The notes under the pieces are model-generated. The model made no database searches. It was given only the letters and a program-made list of their open reading frames with translations, and was not told the DNA's origin. The position numbers and the translations under genes were made by a program. Positions 1-8,145 of a stretch of DNA of 64,000 nucleotides are shown one piece after another (the first letter of the stretch is position 1; every line of letters begins with the position of its first letter). Source of the stretch: an uncultured Thermoleophilia bacterium (GTDB lineage: Bacteria > Actinomycetota > Thermoleophilia > UBA2241); contig CAVPCT010000006.1 of assembly GCA_963702475.1 (NCBI GenBank), positions 256,001-320,000 on the forward strand, read 5' to 3'.

Positions 1-515
1 CCGGACGAAGGCTCTCTTTCGCCGACTTCGAGACCGGCACGGCCGCTCTGGCGCTGCTCGGCCAGGCGTACAGCGCGGGGGACTTCGCCGCCGCTCTCAA
101 CAACCTCCAGCGCGCGTCGCGGCGCATCGCCGGGTTCTTCGAGCGGTACGACGTCCTGCTCACGCCGACGCTCGCGCAGCCGCCGGTGCCCACGGGGTCG
201 CTGCAGCCGAGCGCTGCGGAGCGCCGCCAGATCGCCCTCGTCGGCCGGCTGAACGCGGCCTGGCTGCTCAAAGCGCTGCGGGTGGTCAAGCCGCTGGCCG
301 ACAAGACCTTCGACTTCATGCCCTACACGGCCGTCTTCAACGTCACCGGACAGCCGGCGATGTCCGTGCCGCTGCACTGGAACGCGCAGGGTCTGCCCAT
401 CGGCATGCAGTTCGCCGGCCGCTACGGTGCCGAGGCGGTGCTCTTCCGCCTGGCGGGGCAGCTCGAGCGCGCCAGGCCCTGGTTCGCCCACGTGCCGCCC
501 GCGTTCGCAGGCTGA
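1..515 (+). CDS. Amidase-signature family enzyme, C-terminal part (5' truncated by window edge)
   Basis: C-terminal amidase motifs YTAVFNVTGQPAMSVP and GLPIGMQFAGRYGAEAVLFRLAGQLE; frame appears open back to the window edge. Confidence 0.9.
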   Translation, partial: GRRLSFADFETGTAALALLGQAYSAGDFAAALNNLQRASRRIAGFFERYDVLLTPTLAQPPVPTGSLQPSAAERRQIALVGRLNAAWLLKALRVVKPLADKTFDFMPYTAVFNVTGQPAMSVPLHWNAQGLPIGMQFAGRYGAEAVLFRLAGQLERARPWFAHVPPAFAG

Positions 516-560
516 CCAGAGGGGGACCGACGTGACCGCGCTACCGACCGGGAGGCCATC

Positions 561-959
561 GTGACTAACGAGACGAGACACCTGCTGGGCTGGCTCGCTA
601 TGCCGGCGGCTGCCGTGGCGAACGGGGTGCTGCGCGACGTCACCTACGGCAGGCGGATGAGCCGCACGGCGTCCCACTCGCTCGCGGTCTGTCCGCTGGC
701 TGCCTTCATCCTTGTCTGGGCCGCGCTGCTGCAGCGGCGGTGGCCGCTTCCCGGGCGCGGCCCGGCGCTTCGTGTCGGGGCGCTCTGGCTGGCCTTCACC
801 CTGGCGTTCGAATTCGGCATGGGAGCCGCCCGCAAGGTCCCGGTGCGCGACATGCTCGCCCAGTACGACGTACGCCGCGGCAACCTGTGGCCGCTCGTCC
901 CGCTCGCGGTCGTCGCGGCGCCGCTGATCGTCTGGCGCCGGACGAGGGGCGGCGCATGA
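561..959 (+). CDS. Hypothetical membrane protein
   Basis: About 4 hydrophobic segments, motifs ANGVLRD and LAFEFG..YDVRRGNLW; GGGAGG RBS upstream. Confidence 0.75.
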   Translation: MTNETRHLLGWLAMPAAAVANGVLRDVTYGRRMSRTASHSLAVCPLAAFILVWAALLQRRWPLPGRGPALRVGALWLAFTLAFEFGMGAARKVPVRDMLAQYDVRRGNLWPLVPLAVVAAPLIVWRRTRGGA

Positions 960-1549
960 GGTCGCCCGCCCTCAGCATCCGGCCCGAGACCCCGGCCGAC
1001 GAGGCCGGCGTCCGTACGGTGGAGGAGCGCGCCTTCGGACGTCCGGTCGAGGCGCGCCTGGTCGACGCTTTGCGGGCCGCCTGCCCCGATCGGCTCTCGC
1101 TGGTCGCGGTCACCCCCGCCGGCGAGGTGGTCGGGCACGTGCTCTTCACGCCGGTCACCATCGGGCCCGGCGGACCAGCCGCGGCCGGCGCCCACGGCAC
1201 CGCCGTACCTCCGGGCATGGGGCTCGGCCCCCTGGCGGTGCTCCCCGAGCTCCAGCGACAGGGAATCGGCAGCGCCCTCATGGAGCGCAGCCTCCTGGAC
1301 CTTCGCGCCGCGGGGTGTCCCTTCGTTGCCGTGGTCGGCCATCCGGAGTACTATCCCCGGTTCGGGTTCGTCCTCGCCTCGGGCCTGGGTCTGAGGTCGC
1401 AGTGGGACGCTGTGCCGGACGAGGCCTGGATGGCTCTGGTCCTGGATCCCGCAGCGCCGCCGGCCGGGGGCGTCGTCCGCTTTCATCCGGAGTTCGACGC
1501 CGCCGCGCAGGACGCTCCGGCGGTTCAGACGCCGGCGACGACGGAGTAA
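956..1549 (+). CDS. GNAT N-acetyltransferase (YhbS-like)
   Basis: IRPETPAD, LGPLAVLPELQRQGIGSALM, VVGHPEYYPRFGF; ATGA overlap with the upstream stop. Confidence 0.9.
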   Translation: MRSPALSIRPETPADEAGVRTVEERAFGRPVEARLVDALRAACPDRLSLVAVTPAGEVVGHVLFTPVTIGPGGPAAAGAHGTAVPPGMGLGPLAVLPELQRQGIGSALMERSLLDLRAAGCPFVAVVGHPEYYPRFGFVLASGLGLRSQWDAVPDEAWMALVLDPAAPPAGGVVRFHPEFDAAAQDAPAVQTPATTE

Positions 1550-1560
1550 GGAGGCCCTAA

Positions 1561-1896
1561 ATGTTCGCGATCGCAGGTCCAGACGGCTTCGAGGACGTCC
1601 TCCCCGGCGTGCGCCGCAAGACCCTGTGCTACGGGCGCGAGACCCTCATCACCGAGTTCCGCCTGGTCGAGGGGCACGAGCTGTCGCAGCACAGCCATCC
1701 CCACGAACAGACCGGCTACCTGGTGAGCGGCCGACTGCGGTTCACGATCGACGACGAGACGCGCGAGGTCGGGCCCGGCGACAGCTGGTGCATCCTCTCC
1801 GGCGCGGTGCACGGGGCCGTCGTGCTCGAAGACGCGGTCGCAGTGGAGGTGTTCTCTCCGGTGCGAGAGGACTTCCTGCCGGACGACGGGGCCTGA
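1561..1896 (+). CDS. Cupin domain protein
   Basis: HSHPHEQTGYLVSG and HGA..VEVFSPVRED cupin motifs; AAGGAGG RBS. Confidence 0.9.
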   Translation: MFAIAGPDGFEDVLPGVRRKTLCYGRETLITEFRLVEGHELSQHSHPHEQTGYLVSGRLRFTIDDETREVGPGDSWCILSGAVHGAVVLEDAVAVEVFSPVREDFLPDDGA

Positions 1897-1897
1897 C

Positions 1898-2080
1898 GTG
1901 CGCGAGGCGCGCCGAGAGGACGTGCTCGCGCTGCTCGCGATGATGGAGGAGTTCTCCGCCGAGGCCGGGTTCGTCCTCGACCGGTACGCGGCGCGCGAGT
2001 CGTTCGAGACGCTCCTCGCGGACTCCCGCCTCGGGCGCGTGTGGCTGGTCGAGGCGGACGACGACGCTGTCAGCGGCTGC
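1898..2080 (+). pseudogene. Truncated GNAT acetyltransferase (N-terminal third only)
   Basis: REARREDVLALLAMMEEF...LLADSRLGRVWLVE resembles a GNAT N-terminus; the frame then runs out of register into the next gene with no acetyl-CoA motif. Confidence 0.5.
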
Positions 2081-2123
2081 GACCGACGAGCCGCCCAAGG
2101 CGTGACCACGAGAGGAGCAGGTG

Positions 2124-2510
2124 ATGGGCAGAGTCATCCACTTCGAGATACACGCGACCGACCCGGAGGCGCTGGCCGCCTACTACGTCGGTCTGCTCGG
2201 CTGGGAGCTCGACCTTCAGCCGGGCATCGAGTACTGGCTCATCCGCACGGGGCCTGAGGACCAGCCGGGCATCAACGGCGGGCTGCTACGCAGACACGTG
2301 CCCGGCCCGGCGGGCGGACCGGTCGTCAACGCGTTCGTCTGCACGGTGCAGGTCGAGTCGCTGGCCGACACGCTGGCGCGCAACGAGGAGCTCGGCGGCG
2401 AGGTCGCGTTGCCGCGCATGCCGGTGACGGGGATGGGCTGGCTGGCGTACATCAGGGACCCCGACGGGAACACCCTGGGCCTGCTCGAGACGGACCCCTC
2501 GGCCGCCTGA
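2124..2510 (+). CDS. VOC/glyoxalase family protein
   Basis: VIHFEIHATDPE, PGINGGL, GWLAYIRDPDGNTLGL. Confidence 0.9.
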   Translation: MGRVIHFEIHATDPEALAAYYVGLLGWELDLQPGIEYWLIRTGPEDQPGINGGLLRRHVPGPAGGPVVNAFVCTVQVESLADTLARNEELGGEVALPRMPVTGMGWLAYIRDPDGNTLGLLETDPSAA

Positions 2511-2538
2511 AGGGGCAGCCCGGCGAGACGAGGCGGCG

Positions 2539-2568
2539 CGGGCGTGGCTGGCCGATCTGCCACGCCCG
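2539..2568 (+). terminator. GC-rich stem-loop after the VOC gene
   Basis: CGGGCGTGGC-N10-GCCACGCCCG perfect 10-bp stem, no U-tract. Confidence 0.45.
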
Positions 2569-2602
2569 AGCTGGCGCCCGGCGTCGTGCGCCCGGCCGGG
2601 AG

Positions 2603-2662
2603 TTGACGCCTGCCGCCACCGTTGATATGTTTTCTCACCTCGGGATGAGAGCGATTCTCAAT
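2603..2662 (+). promoter_or_regulatory. Sigma70-type promoter overlapped by two Fur-box-like operators
   Basis: TTGACG(2603)-N17-TATGTT(2626); 15-bp 7-1-7-like boxes TGATATGTTTTCTCA (2623-2637) and TGAGAGCGATTCTCA (2646-2660) just upstream of a fur-family gene. Confidence 0.7.
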
Positions 2663-2681
2663 ACGCTGCAGGAGGCTCGAG

Positions 2682-3128
2682 GTGAGCAACCGGGAGCCCG
2701 AACACGACATCGCGGCGGTCTTCCACGAGAAGGGCATCCCCTTCACGCGGCAACGTCGTTTGGTATGGGACTTCTTCGCGAGCGCCGACCGTGCCGCCAC
2801 CATCACCGAGGCGGCCGAGGCGCTGCGTCCCGAGGGCGTTGGCCAGGCCACCGTCTACCGCACCGTCACACTGCTGGGTGACCTGGGCCTGCTGGCCCGC
2901 GTGCAGGACCGGCGCGGCGAGATCTGCTACACCGCGCCGCCCATCGGGCACAGCCACCCGCTGATCTGCGGCGTCTGCCGGCGCATCGTCCGCTTCGACG
3001 GCAACGGCGACGTCAAGGATCTGGAGAAGCGTCTGGAGCGCGAGACCGGCTTCAGCATCTACGGGCACCACCTCGAGGTGTACGGCATCTGCCCCGAGTG
3101 TGCCGCACTGGGAGGTCGGGATGAGTGA
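2682..3128 (+). CDS. Fur-family transcriptional repressor
   Basis: FTRQR, GQATVYRTVTLL helix, HSHPLICGVC and YGICPEC metal motifs. Confidence 0.92.
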   Translation: MSNREPEHDIAAVFHEKGIPFTRQRRLVWDFFASADRAATITEAAEALRPEGVGQATVYRTVTLLGDLGLLARVQDRRGEICYTAPPIGHSHPLICGVCRRIVRFDGNGDVKDLEKRLERETGFSIYGHHLEVYGICPECAALGGRDE

Positions 3129-3849
3129 CGTGACGGCGACCGACACCGCCGCGCCGGCGCCCGACGGCGCCGGGGAGATCTGGTCCGGCGCCGCCGAGCT
3201 TGCGGGGCGCCGCTTCTTCGTCTCCTGGAGCGGCGGCAAGGACGCCTGCCTGGCGCTGCAGCGGGCCGTGGCCGCAGGCGGACGACCCGCTGCCCTGGTC
3301 TGCATGCTCCATGAAGGCGGCCGCGTGAGCCGCGGACACGGCCTGCCGCTTAGCCTGTTGCAGGCGCAGGCCGCGGCGCTCGGCATCCCTCTCGTCACGC
3401 GTACCACCACCTGGGACGACTACGAGGCAACCCTCGTCTCGCTGCTCCACGAGCTTCGCGACCAGGGTGTAGAGGCCGGCGTGTTCGGCGACATCGACCT
3501 GCAGGCGCACCGCGACTGGGTGGAGAACGTCTGCGAGATCTGCGGCCTGAGCTGCCATCTGCCGCTGTGGCTGGAGCCTCGGCGCCGCCTGCTCGAGGAG
3601 TTCCTCGGCGCCGGCGGCGTGGCCACCATCGTCGCCGTCGACCAGTCGAAGCTCGGCCGGGAGTTCCTCGGTCTCGTCCTCGACAACGGCGTCATCTCCC
3701 GCCTCGAGGCCGCAGGCGCCGACGCCTGCGGTGAGGAGGGGGAGTACCACACCATGGTCACCGCCGGCCCGCTGTTCTCTGCGCCGGTCCCGCTCTCATG
3801 GACCGGTGTCGACGAGCGCGACGGCCACTGGGTCCTCACGTACGAGTAA
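3121..3849 (+). CDS. DUF71/Dph6-like PP-loop ATPase (diphthine-ammonia ligase family)
   Basis: SWSGGKDA PP-loop, VFGDID, LPLW, DACGEEGEYHTMV. Confidence 0.9.
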   Translation: MSDVTATDTAAPAPDGAGEIWSGAAELAGRRFFVSWSGGKDACLALQRAVAAGGRPAALVCMLHEGGRVSRGHGLPLSLLQAQAAALGIPLVTRTTTWDDYEATLVSLLHELRDQGVEAGVFGDIDLQAHRDWVENVCEICGLSCHLPLWLEPRRRLLEEFLGAGGVATIVAVDQSKLGREFLGLVLDNGVISRLEAAGADACGEEGEYHTMVTAGPLFSAPVPLSWTGVDERDGHWVLTYE

Positions 3850-3882
3850 CGGCGTTCTCACAGGAAGGGAGTCATTATCACC

Positions 3883-4851
3883 ATGAGTACCACCCGCACC
3901 CTGCGTCTTCTTTGGGCGCTCGTCCTGCTCGCCGCCTTCGTCGCCGGCGCCGGCGCTCTGGCCGCCTGCGGCTCGTCGGACGAGGCGACCGGCGAGACCG
4001 CGTCAGCATCCCCCTCGGCGGCCGCCGGCGGCGAGATCTCCGTGACCGACGGCACCGGCGCCACCGTCACCATGGCGCAGCCGGCCGAGCGCATCGTCAG
4101 CCTCGCGCCCGCCAATACCGAGATCGCCTTCGCCGTCGGCGCCGGCGCCAAGATGGTGGCCGGCACCAGCTACGACGACTATCCGGCTGAGGCCGCGGAT
4201 CTCCCCAAGATCGGCGACTTCGCCAACCCGAGCGTCGAGAAGATCGCCTCCTTCGAGCCGGATCTGGTGCTCGCCGCCGGCGGTATCCAGGAAGACCTGC
4301 GCAGCAAGCTCGAGGACCTGGGCATGACGGTCTACGTGGTGGACCCCAAGACCTACGCCGATGTCGTGACGGACGTGAAGAACGTCGGCCTGCTTGCGGG
4401 TACGTCCGAGCAGGCCCAGCCGGTCGTCGACACGATGGAGCAGGCGGCCGCCGAGGTCGCCGAGAAGGTCGGTGGCCTTGAGCCGGCCTCCACGTTCCTC
4501 GAGATCTACTCCAAGCCGCTCATGACCGCCGGGTCGGAGACGTTCATCGACGACATGATCACCATGGCCGGCGGCACGAACATCGGCGCCGAGGCCGGCA
4601 GCGGCTTTCCCGAGTTCAGTACCGAGGTCCTCGTGAACGACGATCCGCAGGTGTACATCGCCGACTCGGGCTCGATGAGCGAACCGGGCGCTATCTCCGA
4701 GCGTGCGGGGTTCGCCGACCTCACGGCCGTCAGAGACGGCAGGGTGTACGTGATCGAGGACAGCATCATCGCCCGTCCGGGTCCGCGTCTGGCCGACGGC
4801 CTCCGGCAGCTGGCCGAGATGATCCACCCCGAGGCGTACTCGGCGCAGTGA
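3883..4851 (+). CDS. ABC transporter substrate-binding lipoprotein, cobalamin/Fe-chelate (BtuF-like)
   Basis: Lipobox LAAC, RIVSLAPANTEI, EKIASFEPDLV, RPGPRL. Confidence 0.9.
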   Translation: MSTTRTLRLLWALVLLAAFVAGAGALAACGSSDEATGETASASPSAAAGGEISVTDGTGATVTMAQPAERIVSLAPANTEIAFAVGAGAKMVAGTSYDDYPAEAADLPKIGDFANPSVEKIASFEPDLVLAAGGIQEDLRSKLEDLGMTVYVVDPKTYADVVTDVKNVGLLAGTSEQAQPVVDTMEQAAAEVAEKVGGLEPASTFLEIYSKPLMTAGSETFIDDMITMAGGTNIGAEAGSGFPEFSTEVLVNDDPQVYIADSGSMSEPGAISERAGFADLTAVRDGRVYVIEDSIIARPGPRLADGLRQLAEMIHPEAYSAQ

Positions 4852-4911
4852 CGCCCGTGACAGACAGGGGCGCGCGGTGCTGAGCCGCCGCGCCGACAAG
4901 GGCGCGCGCAG

Positions 4912-5913
4912 GTGACGCGCATCGCGCGCGCCGGCGTGTGGCCGGGCATCGCCCTGGCCGCCGGCATCCTCGTCCTGTGCATGGTGCTGGCGCTCGTCCT
5001 CGGACCGGTCTCGCTGTCGCTCAGGGAGCTTTGGAGCCTGGTGACGGCGGGACCGGTCGACGGCGACCTGCAGAATGCGATCTTCTGGGACATCCGCCTG
5101 CCGCGCGTGCTCGTGGCCTGCCTGGTGGGCGCCGCGCTGGCCGTTGCCGGGGTCGTCCTGCAGGACCTCTTTCTGAACCCGCTCACCGACCCGTACGTCA
5201 CCGGCGTGTCGTCCGGCGCCGCGCTCGGCGCGACCATCGGCATCGTGCTCCACCTCTCCGGCCTGTACTGGACCACGGTGCTGGCTATCATCGGGGGTCT
5301 GGGCACCCTGCTGCTCGTGTGGGCGGCGGCGCGACGACGCGGTCGTATCGACGTGTTTGTCCTGCTCCTTGCGGGCGTCACCATCTCGTACCTCGCCAGC
5401 GCCGTGGTCACCGTCCTCATGATCAAGGCCAGCGCCGACATGCACGCGATCGTGTACTGGCTCATGGGCAGCTTCTCGGGGCGCGGCTGGCCCGACGTGA
5501 AGATCGCCCTCATCGTCGTCCCGTTCATGGTGGTGCCGCTCCTTTTCACCAGGGAGATGGACATCCTGCTGCAGGGCGAGAAGCGCGCTCTGGAGCTGGG
5601 GGTGGAGGTCGAGCGCACGAAGCGGCTGCTGCTGGTGACGGCGGGGGTGCTGACGGCCTTGGCGGTGTCGGTGAGCGGCATCATCGGCTTCGTGGGCCTC
5701 GTGGTGCCGCACATCGTGCGGCTGCTTGTCGGCCCCGGCCACCGGGGCCTGCTGCCGGTCTCGTTGCTGGCCGGCGCCTCCTTGATGGCCGTCGCCGACC
5801 TGCTCTCGCGCACCGTGGTCGCGCCCAACGAGATCCCCGTGGGGGTGGTCACGACCTTCGTGGGCGCGCCGCTGTTCGTGTATCTGCTGCGGCGCGGGAA
5901 GCGCTCGGGATGA
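4912..5913 (+). CDS. FecCD/BtuC-family ABC permease
   Basis: IRLPRV, NPLTDPYVTGVSSGA, GIIGFVGLVVPHIVR, EIPVGVVT. Confidence 0.93.
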   Translation: MTRIARAGVWPGIALAAGILVLCMVLALVLGPVSLSLRELWSLVTAGPVDGDLQNAIFWDIRLPRVLVACLVGAALAVAGVVLQDLFLNPLTDPYVTGVSSGAALGATIGIVLHLSGLYWTTVLAIIGGLGTLLLVWAAARRRGRIDVFVLLLAGVTISYLASAVVTVLMIKASADMHAIVYWLMGSFSGRGWPDVKIALIVVPFMVVPLLFTREMDILLQGEKRALELGVEVERTKRLLLVTAGVLTALAVSVSGIIGFVGLVVPHIVRLLVGPGHRGLLPVSLLAGASLMAVADLLSRTVVAPNEIPVGVVTTFVGAPLFVYLLRRGKRSG

Positions 5914-5956
5914 CGGCCCTGGTGGCAGTCGGGCCGCCGGCGCCGAGGAGCGCGTG

Positions 5957-7201
5957 ATGGCGCCCCTCGTCTCCGTCCGCGACGTGGCCTTCGCCTACGA
6001 CGAGCGCCCGGTGCTCCGGCGCGTGAGCTTCGATCTGGAGCCCGGCGGCTTTGTGGGCATCGTCGGTCCCAACGGGAGCGGCAAGTCAACGCTGATCGAC
6101 CTCGTCGACGGCATCCTGCGTCCGAACGAGGGTGACGTGCTCGTGGCCGGCCGCTCGACCGGCGCCTACCGGCGGCGCGACATGGCACGCGAGGTCGCGC
6201 TCGTGCCGCAGCACTTCGACCTGGACTTCGACCTCGCGGTGCGCGAGGTCGTGGAGATGGGCGCCTACTGCCACGGCAAGGGCGCGGCGGGATGCGACGA
6301 CGCGACCGGGACGCTGGCCCGCCTCGGCGTCGCCGACCTCGCCGACCGCCGCTTCGCCGAGCTCTCGGGCGGCGAGAAGCAGCTCGTCGTCCTGGCGCAG
6401 GCTCTCATGCAGCGGGCGCCGCTCCTGCTCCTCGACGAGCCGGCCTCGGCCCTGGACGTCTCGCACCAGCTGCGCCTCTTCGACCTGCTGCGCGAGCTCA
6501 ACGCCGACGGGCTCACCGTGCTCTGCATCTTGCACGACCTCAACCTGGCCCTGCATTACTTCGACAAGCTGCTGGTCCTGAGCGGCGGCGAGGTCGCGGC
6601 GTACGGGCCGCCCGACGACGTGCTGCGGCCCGAGATCCTCGAGGCCGTGTACGGCGTGCGGGCGTACATGCACCGGCATGCCGGACGCACCTTCCTCACG
6701 TTCTCGCCGCGGCTGCGCGGCGAGCGCCGCGGCCGCGTGCACGTGGTCTGCGGGGGCGGAACGGGCGCCGGTCTGATGCGCCGGCTCGTGGACGCCGGGT
6801 ACGAAGTGACCGCCGGCGTCCTCAACGCCCTCGACACCGACGAAGAGACCGGCCGCGAGCTGGGGCTGCAGATGGCGGTGGAGGCGCCGTTCTCGCCTGT
6901 GGGCGAGGAGGCGCACGCCGACAACCTGGAGCTGATGCACGCCGCCGACCTCATCCTCATCACCGCGGTGCCCATCAGCACCGGAAACGCGCGCAACGTG
7001 GAGGCGGCGCTGCAGATGGCCGCCGCCGGCACGCCGGTACTGGCCGACGCTGCGGTGCTGGACCAGGACCTCGCCGGCGTCACCGACCGGCTGGCCCCGG
7101 CCGGCGTGCGCCTGTGCGGTGGCGAGGCGGAGCTGCTCGCCGCGGTTCGTGGACTGCAGACTTCGGACGCGGACGCGCGGCCTGCGTCTGCCTGGGGCTG
7201 A
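5957..7201 (+). CDS. ABC ATP-binding protein (BtuD/FecE-like) with C-terminal extension
   Basis: GPNGSGKST, LSGGEKQ, LLLDEP, LHDLN; extra ~150-aa domain starting RVHVVCGGGTG. Confidence 0.9.
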   Translation: MAPLVSVRDVAFAYDERPVLRRVSFDLEPGGFVGIVGPNGSGKSTLIDLVDGILRPNEGDVLVAGRSTGAYRRRDMAREVALVPQHFDLDFDLAVREVVEMGAYCHGKGAAGCDDATGTLARLGVADLADRRFAELSGGEKQLVVLAQALMQRAPLLLLDEPASALDVSHQLRLFDLLRELNADGLTVLCILHDLNLALHYFDKLLVLSGGEVAAYGPPDDVLRPEILEAVYGVRAYMHRHAGRTFLTFSPRLRGERRGRVHVVCGGGTGAGLMRRLVDAGYEVTAGVLNALDTDEETGRELGLQMAVEAPFSPVGEEAHADNLELMHAADLILITAVPISTGNARNVEAALQMAAAGTPVLADAAVLDQDLAGVTDRLAPAGVRLCGGEAELLAAVRGLQTSDADARPASAWG

Positions 7202-7476
7202 TCCCTCAGGGGGAACTCGCCCTCTTCCGCCGGCGTGCTCGCCACAGGCTCCGCCTGCCACGGACGGCGACGGTTTACACAGCCCTGACACGCCCACGGC
7301 CCTCGCCTGACCTTCGTCCGGCAGCATCCTCGCAGCGGAGACCACGAGGAGGGCTCATGATCGTCACGGCTTCGGCTCGCGCCCGCGAGCGGCTTGATAG
7401 CATGCAGGATGCTGGCACACCAGTGCCGGCCATGCTGCGACGCGGGGCCTCTGCGACGCCCGCTCCGTGGAGGCGT

Positions 7477-8145
7477 ATGGACTCCACCATCCTCATCGTC
7501 GAGGACGACCGCAACATCGGCGACCTGGTCCGCCGGTACCTCGAGCGCGACGGGTATCGCGTCGCGTGGGTGCGCTCCGGCGAGGACGGCCTGGTCGAGC
7601 TGGGCAGGCAGCGTCCCGACCTCGTCGTGCTCGACGTGGGTCTGCCCGGCATGGACGGGTTCGAGGTCTGCCGGCGCATCCGTGCGGCCGGCGAGACGCC
7701 GGTCATCATGCTCACCGCGCGGGACGAGGAGGTGGACCGCGTCCTCGGGCTCGAGCTCGGTGCCGACGACTACGTGCCCAAGCCGTTCAGCCCGCGCGAG
7801 CTGGTCGCGCGCGTGAAGGCGGTGCTGCGCAGGACGCAGCCGAAGCCGTCGAGCGACGTGCTCGGCCTCGGCGGCGTGGAGCTGAAGCGCGGCGCCCGCG
7901 AGGCTACGGCCTCGGGCGCCGCGCTCGACCTCACCATGAAGGAGTTTGACCTGCTCGCCTGCTTCATGGAGCACGCCGGCCTCGTGCTCTCTCGCGAGCA
8001 GCTGCTCGAACAGGTCTGGGGCCTCGAGTTCCCCGGCGGCACGCGCACCGTCGACCAGCACGTCGCGCAGCTCCGCGCCAAGCTGGACGGCGCGCTGACC
8101 ATCGGGACACTCCGCGGCGTCGGCTACAAGCTGGTGCGGCCGTGA
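7477..8145 (+). CDS. OmpR/PhoB-family response regulator
   Basis: ILIVEDD, LDVGLPGMDG, GADDYVPKPF, RTVDQHVAQLR, RGVGYKL; GGAGG RBS before ATG 7477. Confidence 0.95.
   Translation: MDSTILIVEDDRNIGDLVRRYLERDGYRVAWVRSGEDGLVELGRQRPDLVVLDVGLPGMDGFEVCRRIRAAGETPVIMLTARDEEVDRVLGLELGADDYVPKPFSPRELVARVKAVLRRTQPKPSSDVLGLGGVELKRGAREATASGAALDLTMKEFDLLACFMEHAGLVLSREQLLEQVWGLEFPGGTRTVDQHVAQLRAKLDGALTIGTLRGVGYKLVRP

Noticed and set aside
2511-2681. Cobalamin riboswitch upstream of the Btu-like operon
   Set aside because: No recognisable B12-box, and the promoter lies too close to the start codon; an Infernal search would confirm
6292-8145. 617-aa ORF
   Set aside because: Only the last 222 codons form a response regulator; the rest is an off-frame overlap with the ABC ATPase
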